Shown here piece by piece: positions 8,308-16,877 of a stretch of 25,989 nucleotides of DNA (the first letter of the stretch is position 1; every line of letters begins with the position of its first letter). The translations under genes were made by a program, and so were the position numbers. Under the pieces are notes generated by a model, which saw only the letters and a program-made list of their open reading frames with translations, made no database searches and had not been told where the DNA came from. Source of the DNA: Gemmatimonadota bacterium (GTDB lineage Bacteria; Gemmatimonadota; Gemmatimonadetes; Palauibacterales; Palauibacteraceae); NCBI GenBank assembly GCA_039588275.1, contig JBDHAC010000083.1, positions 1-25,989 of the forward strand, given 5' to 3'.

Positions 8308-9306
8308 ATGGTCCGGCACTCGCGGTTTAGCTCGACAATCCCGTTCATGCTGTTGGCCCCGGCGGCAATGCTGGGGCAGGACACCAACATCATCGTGCCG
8401 GCATCGGAGGTGGAGGAGCGGTTCAAGTTCCAGTCCTTCGAGGTCGTCACCATGCCGACATCCCGGGGCCTCCCCAGCGAGCGGACCTACCGTCCCGTCG
8501 TCCGGTTCGAGGATGGGGCGATGCTGGAGCTCAAGTTCGCGCCCGCCCCGGTCGGCGGGGAGGTGTTCAACAACCGACCCCAGTACGAGGTCGGGGCGTA
8601 CGAGCTGCAGAAGCTCTTCCTGGACGAGTCCGAGTACGTGGTCCCTCCGACGGTCGCCCGTTGTTTTCCGTTCGATTTCGTCGAGCAGGCGATCGACAAG
8701 GCGCCCAATCGGAACGCGATCGAAGACCCGCAGCCCACGTTCGAGGAGTGGCGGATGTCGCTCGTCGTCCTCCAGTACTGGCTGTGGAATATCGACATCG
8801 CGGACAGGGACGATATCCGGGACCGGCAACGGCTCGAAGAGGACGAGGTCTTTGCCCGTCACGCGGGGAACTTCAACCTCCTCACCTACCTGATCCGACA
8901 CAACGATTCGAACGTGGGGAATTTTCTCATCTCGACCGACCCGTCGAACCCGCGCATCTTCAGCGTGGACAATGGGCTCGCGTTCTCCAACGAGGAGAGC
9001 GATCGTGGCACGTACTGGCGCGACTTGCGTATCGAGCGCTTTCCGGCTGCGTCCATCGAGCGGCTGAGGGCGGTCACGCTCGAGGATCTGCATGCGGCCC
9101 TGGGGGTCGTGGCCCAATTCTCCTTGGGGCCCGACGGTCAATTCGTGCAGGTCGAGCCCACCGAGAACCTCGCTCCCGATACGGGGATCCGCCGCCGTGC
9201 TACGGTGTTACAGATGGGGCTCCGCGCGTCAGAGATCCGAAACGTACACCGTCGCCTCGAGCGACTCCTCCGGGACATCGACAACGGGAAGTATGAGGTC
9301 TTCTAG
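8308..9306 (+). CDS. Putative exported atypical kinase (PI3K/PI4K-like, FAM20C/HipA-like fold)
   Basis: TAAGGAGGT SD. N-terminal signal-like segment ending AMLG-QD. Motifs ELKF (candidate ATP Lys), YEVGAYEL, VVPPTVAR, LIRHNDSNVGNFL (catalytic loop) and VDNGLAF (metal-binding). Confidence 0.75.
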   Translation: MVRHSRFSSTIPFMLLAPAAMLGQDTNIIVPASEVEERFKFQSFEVVTMPTSRGLPSERTYRPVVRFEDGAMLELKFAPAPVGGEVFNNRPQYEVGAYELQKLFLDESEYVVPPTVARCFPFDFVEQAIDKAPNRNAIEDPQPTFEEWRMSLVVLQYWLWNIDIADRDDIRDRQRLEEDEVFARHAGNFNLLTYLIRHNDSNVGNFLISTDPSNPRIFSVDNGLAFSNEESDRGTYWRDLRIERFPAASIERLRAVTLEDLHAALGVVAQFSLGPDGQFVQVEPTENLAPDTGIRRRATVLQMGLRASEIRNVHRRLERLLRDIDNGKYEVF

Positions 9307-9319
9307 GTTGCAGCACGTC

Positions 9320-10639
9320 ATGTCCCTGCGGGGCACACTGGGGATCGCAGGAGTAGCGCTCGCGATCGCGTTTCCGGGCATCCAGGCCGCACGCCTCGTT
9401 GAACCCGAAGGACGATTCGACGGGGAGTACGGGCTCTTCATCCGCCACGTGGAGCAGGACCTTCACGTAGGCTGGCTCACGGACGAGCCGGATCGGGGAG
9501 TCCTGCGGGCTTACGTGGACGGCGAGCTGGCAACGGCGGAGAAGACACCCGCCGCCCAGATCCACGCCGCCGTGGTCAAACTGAACGGTGACCAGAGCGA
9601 CGGCGGCCATCGCGACGGGGAGTCCGTGTTGCTCGAATATGGAGGGAGCGAGGACAGCGAGCCCCTGCACCGGACTCGCGTTCAGCTCGAACCTCCGCCC
9701 TCCGAAGCGACGCTCGTGTACGAAGGGGTCGATTCCCTTTATGTGATCGGCGATTCGCACGGCGAATTCGATACCGTGGCGGGACTCCTCCAAAACGCCG
9801 GGCTGATCGATGCCGAGCTCCATTGGACCGGCGGCACCCGGCACCTCGTCATGCTCGGCGACCTGTTCGACCGCGGTGCCGATGTCACGCGTCTCCTGTG
9901 GTTCGTGTATGGTCTCGAGCGCGAGGCGGAAGCCGCAGGCGGCCGGGTCCATACCGTGCTCGGCAATCACGAGATCATGGTGATGATCGGCGACCCCCGG
10001 TACGTGTCGGACAAGGAAGACTCGATCGCCAAGCTCCATAACGTCGGGTATTCGGAGCTGTTCGAGCCCCATACCTCCGTGCTCGGGCGGTGGCTCGCCA
10101 GCAAGCCCGCGCTCCTCCGGATCGAGGATGTCCTGCTCGCGCATGGTGGGGTCGGCCCGCGGTACCTGGGATACGGGCTCAGCGAGCTGAACGACACCCT
10201 TCGCCTATACATGGGGGAGGAGCTCTTCACGCACTGGTACGATGACGAGTTCCTGGGTGCGTGGGCCGAGGAGACGACGCTCGACTCGGCCGCCGTCGAT
10301 CGACGTTGGACGTTCTTCAACCATTCCGAGAGCATCTTCTGGTACAGGGATCTGGTGTACAGCGACACGCTGGGCGAGTACCTGACCAAAGTGTTGGAGC
10401 GGTTCAGGAGTAGCGTCCACGTAGTCGGACACACCCCGCTTGATCACATCGAGGAGCGCTACGACGGCCGCCTGATCGGGGTGGACATGGAGGAGGCCGC
10501 CACCGAGCTCCTGTTCCTGGCCAAGAACGAGGAGGGTGGTTGGGACCGATGGAAGATCGGTCTTGAAGGCCCTCCGGGACCGATTCTCAAGGACAGCGTC
10601 CCAGGGCACCCACAAGACAGCACCCGACGACCTCGGTAG
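9320..10639 (+). CDS. Exported metallophosphoesterase, Shewanella-like (Shelph) PPP phosphatase, with N-terminal accessory domain
   Basis: Signal peptide MSLRGTLGIAGVALAIAFPGIQA; GDSHG, GDLFDRG, GNHE, HGG, FWYR, VVGHT and VD motifs. Confidence 0.9.
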   Translation: MSLRGTLGIAGVALAIAFPGIQAARLVEPEGRFDGEYGLFIRHVEQDLHVGWLTDEPDRGVLRAYVDGELATAEKTPAAQIHAAVVKLNGDQSDGGHRDGESVLLEYGGSEDSEPLHRTRVQLEPPPSEATLVYEGVDSLYVIGDSHGEFDTVAGLLQNAGLIDAELHWTGGTRHLVMLGDLFDRGADVTRLLWFVYGLEREAEAAGGRVHTVLGNHEIMVMIGDPRYVSDKEDSIAKLHNVGYSELFEPHTSVLGRWLASKPALLRIEDVLLAHGGVGPRYLGYGLSELNDTLRLYMGEELFTHWYDDEFLGAWAEETTLDSAAVDRRWTFFNHSESIFWYRDLVYSDTLGEYLTKVLERFRSSVHVVGHTPLDHIEERYDGRLIGVDMEEAATELLFLAKNEEGGWDRWKIGLEGPPGPILKDSVPGHPQDSTRRPR

Positions 10640-10658
10640 GGCCAGCGCGTGGCCCTAC
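10636..10658. terminator. Hairpin between convergent phosphatase and hutI genes
   Basis: GTAGGGCCA-gcgcg-TGGCCCTAC, a perfect 9-bp stem. Confidence 0.55.
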
Positions 10659-10670
10659 GCCACAAGCGCA

Positions 10671-11924
10671 TCATTCAGGGCTGGGATCTCGCCAGGGAAG
10701 GGCGCCCTCGCCCCAGGCCAGCTCTCCATCGATCACGGTCATGGTGCAGGCGTTGGGACGCAGGTGATAGAGCCACGTCTCGACGTCGGGTGCGTCCAGT
10801 ACTGCGAAATCAGCGGCTTTCCCCGGTTCCAGAGACCCGCAACGATCCTCCAGGCCCGCCGCGCGCGCGGCGTACAGCGTCGCTGCCTTCAACGCTTCTG
10901 CCGGGGTCATGCGCTGCCGCGTGCACGCGAGGGTCATGGCGAACGGCAGGTGGTAGCTCGGGGCCGTGCCGGGGTTGAAGTCCGTGGCGACGGCGACGGC
11001 GACTCCACCCTCGATCAGCGCCCTCGCCGGGGGCGGATCCTGGTTCAGGTAGAGCGTGGCGATCGGTAGGGTGACGGCAACGACGCCGCTCGTCGCCATC
11101 GCCGCGATCCCGTCCGAGGAGACGTGCTCGAGGTGATCGGCCGAAACGGCGCCCACTTCGGCCGCGAGCGCCGCACCACCGCCATCGCTCAGCTGATCCG
11201 CGTGCAGTTTCGACCCCAGCCCCAGCTTTCGGGCCGCCAACAGAAGCGTGCGTGCCTCCTCGAGCGTGAAGGCGGACTCCTCCACGAAGACGTCGCAGAA
11301 GCGCGCGAGTCCTGTCGCGGCTACTTCCGGGAGTAGCTCATCCAGCAACAGTCGTACGTATCCGGCGCGATCTGATTCGAACTCGACCGGTACCACGTGG
11401 GCACCCAGCAGGGTGGGGACGATCCGGAGGGGGCCTTCCTCCGACAGGCGCCGGTAGACGCGCAGGAGCTTGAGCTCGTCGGCGACCGAGAGACCGTACC
11501 CCGACTTGCACTCGATCGTGGCGACCCCGAGCCGAACCATATCGCGTGCGAAGCCCCGGCAGCGTGCGAGGAGCGCATCCTCGGCCAGTGCGCGAGTGCG
11601 CGACACGGTCGAAGCGATCCCGCCACCGCGCCGCGCGATGTCCAGGTAGGTCGCGCCCCTGATCCGATCCGCGAACTCTTCCGCACGCCAGCCGCCGAAC
11701 GCGAGGTGCGTGTGTGCGTCTACGAGGCCCGGGATCACCAGACGCCCGCCAGCATCCCACCTCTCCCAGTCCACGTACGGATCGGGAAGGTCGCGGGCGC
11801 TACCCACCCAACACACCGCGGCTCCGTCCCACGCGAGCGCTGCGTCGGTGATCACGCCCGCATCCGCCTGGCCATCGCCCGCAGCACACGTCGCGAGTCG
11901 GGCGATGTTCGTCAGGACGGGCAC
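10671..11924 (-). CDS. hutI: Imidazolonepropionase
   Basis: PGLVDAHTH, GGGIASTV, ECKSGYGL, LGAH, KLHADQL, ADHLE and ATDFNPG motifs; adjacent to hutU. Confidence 0.96.
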   Translation of the reverse strand: MPVLTNIARLATCAAGDGQADAGVITDAALAWDGAAVCWVGSARDLPDPYVDWERWDAGGRLVIPGLVDAHTHLAFGGWRAEEFADRIRGATYLDIARRGGGIASTVSRTRALAEDALLARCRGFARDMVRLGVATIECKSGYGLSVADELKLLRVYRRLSEEGPLRIVPTLLGAHVVPVEFESDRAGYVRLLLDELLPEVAATGLARFCDVFVEESAFTLEEARTLLLAARKLGLGSKLHADQLSDGGGAALAAEVGAVSADHLEHVSSDGIAAMATSGVVAVTLPIATLYLNQDPPPARALIEGGVAVAVATDFNPGTAPSYHLPFAMTLACTRQRMTPAEALKAATLYAARAAGLEDRCGSLEPGKAADFAVLDAPDVETWLYHLRPNACTMTVIDGELAWGEGALPWRDPSPE

Positions 11925-11972
11925 GGATCGCCTCGCGCGGCTCGATCGTGCGGGGGCACCGGCATGCGCTGG

Positions 11973-13640
11973 CTAGGGCTCCAACATGGGGAGATCCACG
12001 CCGCGCTCCCGTGCGGTGGCGATCGCCCCCTCATACCCGGCATCCGCGTGTCGCATCACACCGCTGCCGGGATCGGCGGTCAGCACGCGCTCCAGCCTGC
12101 GGCTGGCGGATTCGGTCCCGTCCACGACGCATACCATCCCGGCGTGTATCGAATACCCGATGCCGACCCCCCCTCCGTGGTGGACCGATACCCAACTCGC
12201 GCCGCAGGCCGTGTTCAGCATCGCGTTCAGGAGCGGCCAGTCCGCGATCGCGTCGGACCCGTCCAGCATGCCCTCGGTCTCGCGGTTGGGCGAGGCGACC
12301 GACCCGGTATCCAGGTGATCGCGGCCCAGCACGATGGGCGCCTTCAGCGCCCCGCTCCGCACGAGCTGGTTGAAGCGCTCTCCCATCTCCGCTCGTTCCC
12401 CGTACTCCAACCAGCAGATCCGCGCGGGGAGTCCCTGGAAGTGGACCTTCTCGCGAGCCTTTCGGATCCAGCGGACCAGGCTGTCCTTCTCGGGAAACGT
12501 CTCGAGCACGGCCTCATCGGTCACGGCGATGTCTTCGGGGTCACCGGAGAGTGCCGCCCACCGGAACGGCCCCGCCCCGCGGCAGAAGAGGGGTCGAATG
12601 AACTCCGGCACGAAGCCCGGGATATCGAAGGCCTCCTTCATGCCTCGGTTATCGGCCACCTGACCCCGCAGGTTGTTCCCGTAGTCGAACGTCACGGCGC
12701 CCGCCTCCTGCAAGGCCAGCATGGCCTCGACATGGACGACCATCGAGTCCAGCACCCGCTCTTCGTACCCGGCGGGATCGCGCTCGCTCATTTGGAGCGC
12801 GGCGTCTACCGACATGCCGGCCGGGATGTATCCGAGGCGCAGGTCGTGTGCGGCCGTCTGATCGGTCAGGACGTCGGGTACGATGCCGCGCTCTACGAGC
12901 TGTGGCAGGACATCGGCGATGTTGCCCAGCAGACCGATCGACAGGGCGTCGCCCTTCGACTTCGCGTCGAGCACCCACTCCAGGGCTTCGTCCAGATCGG
13001 TGCACAGCCGGTCGCAATACCCCGTATCGATGCGGCGACGGATCCGCTCCTCGCGGACTTCGACGCCCAGGAAGGCGGCGCCCGTCATGGTAGCGGCGAG
13101 TGGCTGCGCCCCTCCCATGCCACCGAGTCCGGCCGTCACCACCAACCGGCCCTCCATCGAACCTCCGAAACGCTGGCGCGCGCACTCGGCGAACGTCTCG
13201 TAGGTGCCCTGCAGGATCCCCTGCGTGCCGATGTAGATCCACGAGCCGGCCGTCATCTGCCCGAACATCGTGAGCCCGAGCGCCTCCAGGCGGCGGAACT
13301 CGTCCCATGTGGCCCAATTCGGCACCAGGTGCGCGTTCGCGATCAATACCCGCGGAGCCTCTTCATGGGTGCGGAACACGCCGACCGGCTTCCCGCTCTG
13401 AACGAGCAGCGTCTCGTCGTTCCCCAAGCGCCGGAGCGTGTGAACGATCTTCTCGTAGCACTCCCAGCTTCGGGCGGCGCGGCCGCTTCCACCGTACACG
13501 ATCAACTGGTCCGGATCTTCGGCCACTTCCGGATCCAGGTTGTTCATGAGCATCCTCAGGGCCGCCTCCTGGTGCCATCCTTTGCAGGAGATCTCCGTTC
13601 CCCGAGGCGCGCGTATCCGTCGGATCGCCGTGCCAGTCAT
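11973..13640 (-). CDS. hutU: Urocanate hydratase
   Basis: [50 protein letters not shown] and HHGGGVGIG motifs. Confidence 0.98.
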   Translation of the reverse strand: MTGTAIRRIRAPRGTEISCKGWHQEAALRMLMNNLDPEVAEDPDQLIVYGGSGRAARSWECYEKIVHTLRRLGNDETLLVQSGKPVGVFRTHEEAPRVLIANAHLVPNWATWDEFRRLEALGLTMFGQMTAGSWIYIGTQGILQGTYETFAECARQRFGGSMEGRLVVTAGLGGMGGAQPLAATMTGAAFLGVEVREERIRRRIDTGYCDRLCTDLDEALEWVLDAKSKGDALSIGLLGNIADVLPQLVERGIVPDVLTDQTAAHDLRLGYIPAGMSVDAALQMSERDPAGYEERVLDSMVVHVEAMLALQEAGAVTFDYGNNLRGQVADNRGMKEAFDIPGFVPEFIRPLFCRGAGPFRWAALSGDPEDIAVTDEAVLETFPEKDSLVRWIRKAREKVHFQGLPARICWLEYGERAEMGERFNQLVRSGALKAPIVLGRDHLDTGSVASPNRETEGMLDGSDAIADWPLLNAMLNTACGASWVSVHHGGGVGIGYSIHAGMVCVVDGTESASRRLERVLTADPGSGVMRHADAGYEGAIATARERGVDLPMLEP

Positions 13641-15256
13641 CGCGAGTCTCCCGGTCCTTCGTCTCCGAGCGCCTCCTCTCCGAGCGCCTCCTCTACCGCG
13701 TCGACGATGCCACCGCTGTCGATCAGCTCGACCAGGGTCTCGATGTCGGGAGCCAGCGCGCGGTCCTCCAAGACCGGCTCCACGCGCTCGCGGATCTTGG
13801 CGTACGCTCCGGTCGTTCCACGACCGAGCAGAGCAGGACCGTCTTCGCGCAGGTAGATGGCCTGCGCGGCCGCCAGCAGCTCGACGGCCACGACGTACTC
13901 CACGTTGTCTACGATCTCGCGCGCCCGGCGGGCAGCGTTCGCCCCCATGCTCACGTGGTCTTCCTGATTCGCGCTGGTCGGAATCGAGTCGACGCTATCC
14001 GGGTGGGCCAGGGTCTTGTTGTCCGATACGAGTGCCGCCGCCGTGTATTGGGCGCTCATGAGCCCGCCGTTCAGACCCGGATTCTCGGTCAACATCGCTG
14101 GAAGCCCCCTGGAAAGTTCGGGAGTGAGCAGCCGGAAGACGCGCCGGTCGCTGATGTTGGCGGCCTCTGCGATCGCGATCCCGAGCACATCCAGCCATAA
14201 CGCAGGGCCCGCACCATGGAAGTTCCCGCCCGAGACGGCTTTGCGATCCGAGTCCGCGCGATTAACGAAGATCAGCGGGTTGTCGGATGCGGCGTTCATC
14301 GCGGCTTCCACTCGCTCCTCGATGAACGCTAGCATGTCATGTATCGGCCCCAACACCTGCGGCGTGCACCTCACGCTATACGCGTCCTGAACCCGTTCGG
14401 GGTCCGAATCGACAAGCCCGCTCCCCGTCAGCAACGAGCGCAGACGGGCCGCGGTTCGCACCTGCCCGGGTTGCCCGTTCACATCGTGCAGGGAGGGGTG
14501 CAAGGCCTCGGAGAGCGCCCGAAGACCCTCCATGCTGAGTGCAGCCGCGATCTCGGCGTGGGCGAGGGTCCGCTTTGCATCGTGGACGGCGAGCGCTGCG
14601 GCGGCCACCATCATGGAGGTGCCGTTGGTGAGCGCGAGCCCCTCCTTCGCTTCGAGCACGGGCCGCGTGATATCGGCGCGCCGCATGGCTTCGTCGCCAC
14701 TGACGAGCTCGTCTCCGTACCAAGCTTCGCCGCTGAAGTCAGCGCGCATGCTCTCGGGCCCGCGCGTCGCGACGGCCGCGATGTGCGCGAGCGGAGCCAG
14801 GTCGCCGGAGGCCCCGAGCGAGCCCTTCGCGGGCACCCGGGGCGTGACCCCCCGATTCAACATGTCGACCAGCGTTTGTACGATCGCGGGGCGGATCCCC
14901 GAGACTCCCTTGGCGAGAGAATTGGCGCGGATCAGGAGCATCGCTCGCACGCTGTCCTCCGGGAGCGCGTCTCCCACCCCAACCGCACACTTGAGGATCA
15001 CGTTGCGAGACAGGAGGCCCGCGTCCTCGCTCGCGATCCGGTGGCTCGCGAGCGACCCGTAGCCGGTGTTCACGCCATAGATCGTCTCTTCATTCGACTC
15101 CAGCACTCCCTGAATCCAGCCGTAGCTGGCCTCCATCCGCTCGATGACGTCGGGCTCGAGCGGATCGACTGGAGCCCCCTCCCGGGCGACCGCGACGACG
15201 TCATCGATCCGAAGACCCTCACCGCGCATGCGGACGCGCGCACGGCCATCGTTCAT
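13637..15256 (-). CDS. hutH: Histidine ammonia-lyase (MIO-dependent aromatic amino acid lyase)
   Basis: [14 protein letters not shown] motif ([11 protein letters not shown]), [14 protein letters not shown] and [17 protein letters not shown] before ATG 15256; 4-bp overlap with hutU. Confidence 0.92.
   Translation of the reverse strand: MNDGRARVRMRGEGLRIDDVVAVAREGAPVDPLEPDVIERMEASYGWIQGVLESNEETIYGVNTGYGSLASHRIASEDAGLLSRNVILKCAVGVGDALPEDSVRAMLLIRANSLAKGVSGIRPAIVQTLVDMLNRGVTPRVPAKGSLGASGDLAPLAHIAAVATRGPESMRADFSGEAWYGDELVSGDEAMRRADITRPVLEAKEGLALTNGTSMMVAAAALAVHDAKRTLAHAEIAAALSMEGLRALSEALHPSLHDVNGQPGQVRTAARLRSLLTGSGLVDSDPERVQDAYSVRCTPQVLGPIHDMLAFIEERVEAAMNAASDNPLIFVNRADSDRKAVSGGNFHGAGPALWLDVLGIAIAEAANISDRRVFRLLTPELSRGLPAMLTENPGLNGGLMSAQYTAAALVSDNKTLAHPDSVDSIPTSANQEDHVSMGANAARRAREIVDNVEYVVAVELLAAAQAIYLREDGPALLGRGTTGAYAKIRERVEPVLEDRALAPDIETLVELIDSGGIVDAVEEALGEEALGDEGPGDSR
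13663..13692. repeat. Perfect in-frame 15-bp tandem duplication in the hutH 3' end
   Basis: CTCCGAGCGCCTCCT x2, encoding [10 protein letters not shown]. Confidence 0.8.
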
Positions 15257-15530
15257 CTCCCGCCTCCTGGTTGCCAGCGGCCGGGATCTCGCCCGGCAAG
15301 TCCCCCTCTCGGAGCCCACGTCGCCGTCGGCCATAATGTACGGAGTGCGACCCCGCGCCGGGACTGCCGGCGTTCGCACCCCAGCCGAGGGACGAGCCAT
15401 TGGCACGCGCGGGGGCTGTTTGGTAGCTTGGTACAGCAGTTCCTAACACATCGAGTCGTGCTAGTGGTCGGGTGGAGCGGATCGTGTCGGGTGGCGAGTG
15501 GGGAGGTGGGTTCGTGATGGGGTGACACTG

Positions 15531-16830
15531 GTGGCGGATCGAACCAAGCCGAAGCTGCTCATCGTCGACGATGAGCCGGCTCTCAGAGGCGCGCACGGTC
15601 ATCGAGCGACACGACCCCGACCTGGTGATCTCGGATGTCGTCCTTCCGGATCTCTCTGGGCTCGAGCTGTTGAAGCACCTCAAGGGGCAGGACAGTCTGC
15701 GCCCCGTCATCCTCATCACCGCGCACGGGAGCATCGATGCGGCCGTCGACGCGATGAAGAGCGGGGCCGACGACTTCCTCACCAAGCCGCTCGACTACGC
15801 AAAGCTCCAGGTTACCGTACGAGCCGCGCTCGAGGAGCTGCGACACCGCCGCGAGATCGGACGCGTGGAATCGATGCTCGACGCCGAGCCCGGCTTCGGC
15901 GCCTTGATCGGCATGAGTCCAAGCATGCGCGAGGTGTATCGTCTCATCGAGCAGCTCGCCGAAAGCGACGCGTCCGCGATCATCACGGGGGAGAGCGGGA
16001 CCGGCAAGGAGCTCGCGGCCCGCACGGTTCACGACATGGGTACCAGGCGTAATGGCCCGTTCGTGGCGATCAACACCGCTGCGATCCCCGATGGCCTGGT
16101 CGAGAGCGAAGTGTTCGGTCACGAGAAAGGAGCGTTCACGGGGGCCGCGCATCCGCGACCCGGCTGCTTCGAGCTCGCTGACGGCGGCACCCTGCTCCTG
16201 GATGAGATCGCGGAGATGCCGGCGACGATGCAGCCGAAGCTGCTCCGGATTCTCGAATCGGGCCGCGCGCGACGGGTGGGGGGAACCCGGGAGCGTTCCT
16301 TCGACGTGCGGGTGCTGGCGGCGACGAACCAGGATCCTGCGCAATCCGTCGAGGACGGCAAGCTCCGCGAGGACCTGCTGTACCGGCTGAACGTCTTCCA
16401 CATCACGCTGCCTCCCTTACGGGAGCACATGGAGGATCTCTCACTGCTCGCGCAGCACTTCATCCGGATCTTCAACGAGAAGCACGATGCGGCCGTGAGC
16501 GGCGTGGGCGAGGAGGCGCGCGAGCTTCTGGGAGCGTACCGGTGGACCGGAAACGTGCGGGAGCTGCGGAACGTGCTCGAGCGGGCGACGATCCTCGCTC
16601 GCGCCGGGTGGATCGACCCCACCCACCTTCCACCCTACCTGCGCGAGTCCGGCAACCAAAGGGAGGACGCGGTCGTGCTCCCGCTCGGGATCTCGGCCGC
16701 CGAGGCGGAGAAGCGCCTGATCCTCAAGACGCTCGAGGTGGTGGGCTACAACAAGGCGGCTGCCGCCCGACAACTGGGGATCGACGTCAAGACGATTCGG
16801 AACAAGCTGAAGCTCTATGGTGAGTCGTAG
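15531..16830 (+). pseudogene. Sigma54-dependent response regulator (REC-AAA+-Fis HTH) with an out-of-frame deletion in the REC domain
   Basis: MADRTKPKLLIVDDEPALR is in one frame; SEARTVIERHDPDLVISD, GESGTGKE, GAFTGA, LLLDEI, REDLLYRL, GNVREL and the C-terminal HTH are in another. The junction is at about 15582-15589. Confidence 0.85.
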
Positions 16831-16839
16831 CAGTCCGCC

Positions 16840-16873
16840 CGCGATGGCTCGAGTAACGCGATGGCTCGGGTAA
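16840..16873. repeat. 17-bp tandem repeat upstream of the kinase start
   Basis: CGCGATGGCTCGAGTAA then CGCGATGGCTCGGGTAA, followed by CGGGATG containing the start codon. Confidence 0.8.
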
Positions 16874-16877
16874 CGGG

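Noticed and set aside
9092..9319. N-terminal extension of the phosphatase ORF; likewise the longer starts given for hutH, ychF, HU and the ceramidase
   Set aside because: The phosphatase extension overlaps the upstream gene; in each case a downstream start is better supported by an SD, signal peptide or family N-terminus.
11397..13856. 819-aa plus-strand ORF
   Set aside because: Antisense shadow of hutU/hutI in high-GC DNA; no motifs.
15429..15444. Possible sigma54 promoter TGGTACAGCAGTTCCT upstream of the regulator
   Set aside because: The -12 dinucleotide is CC, not the required GC.
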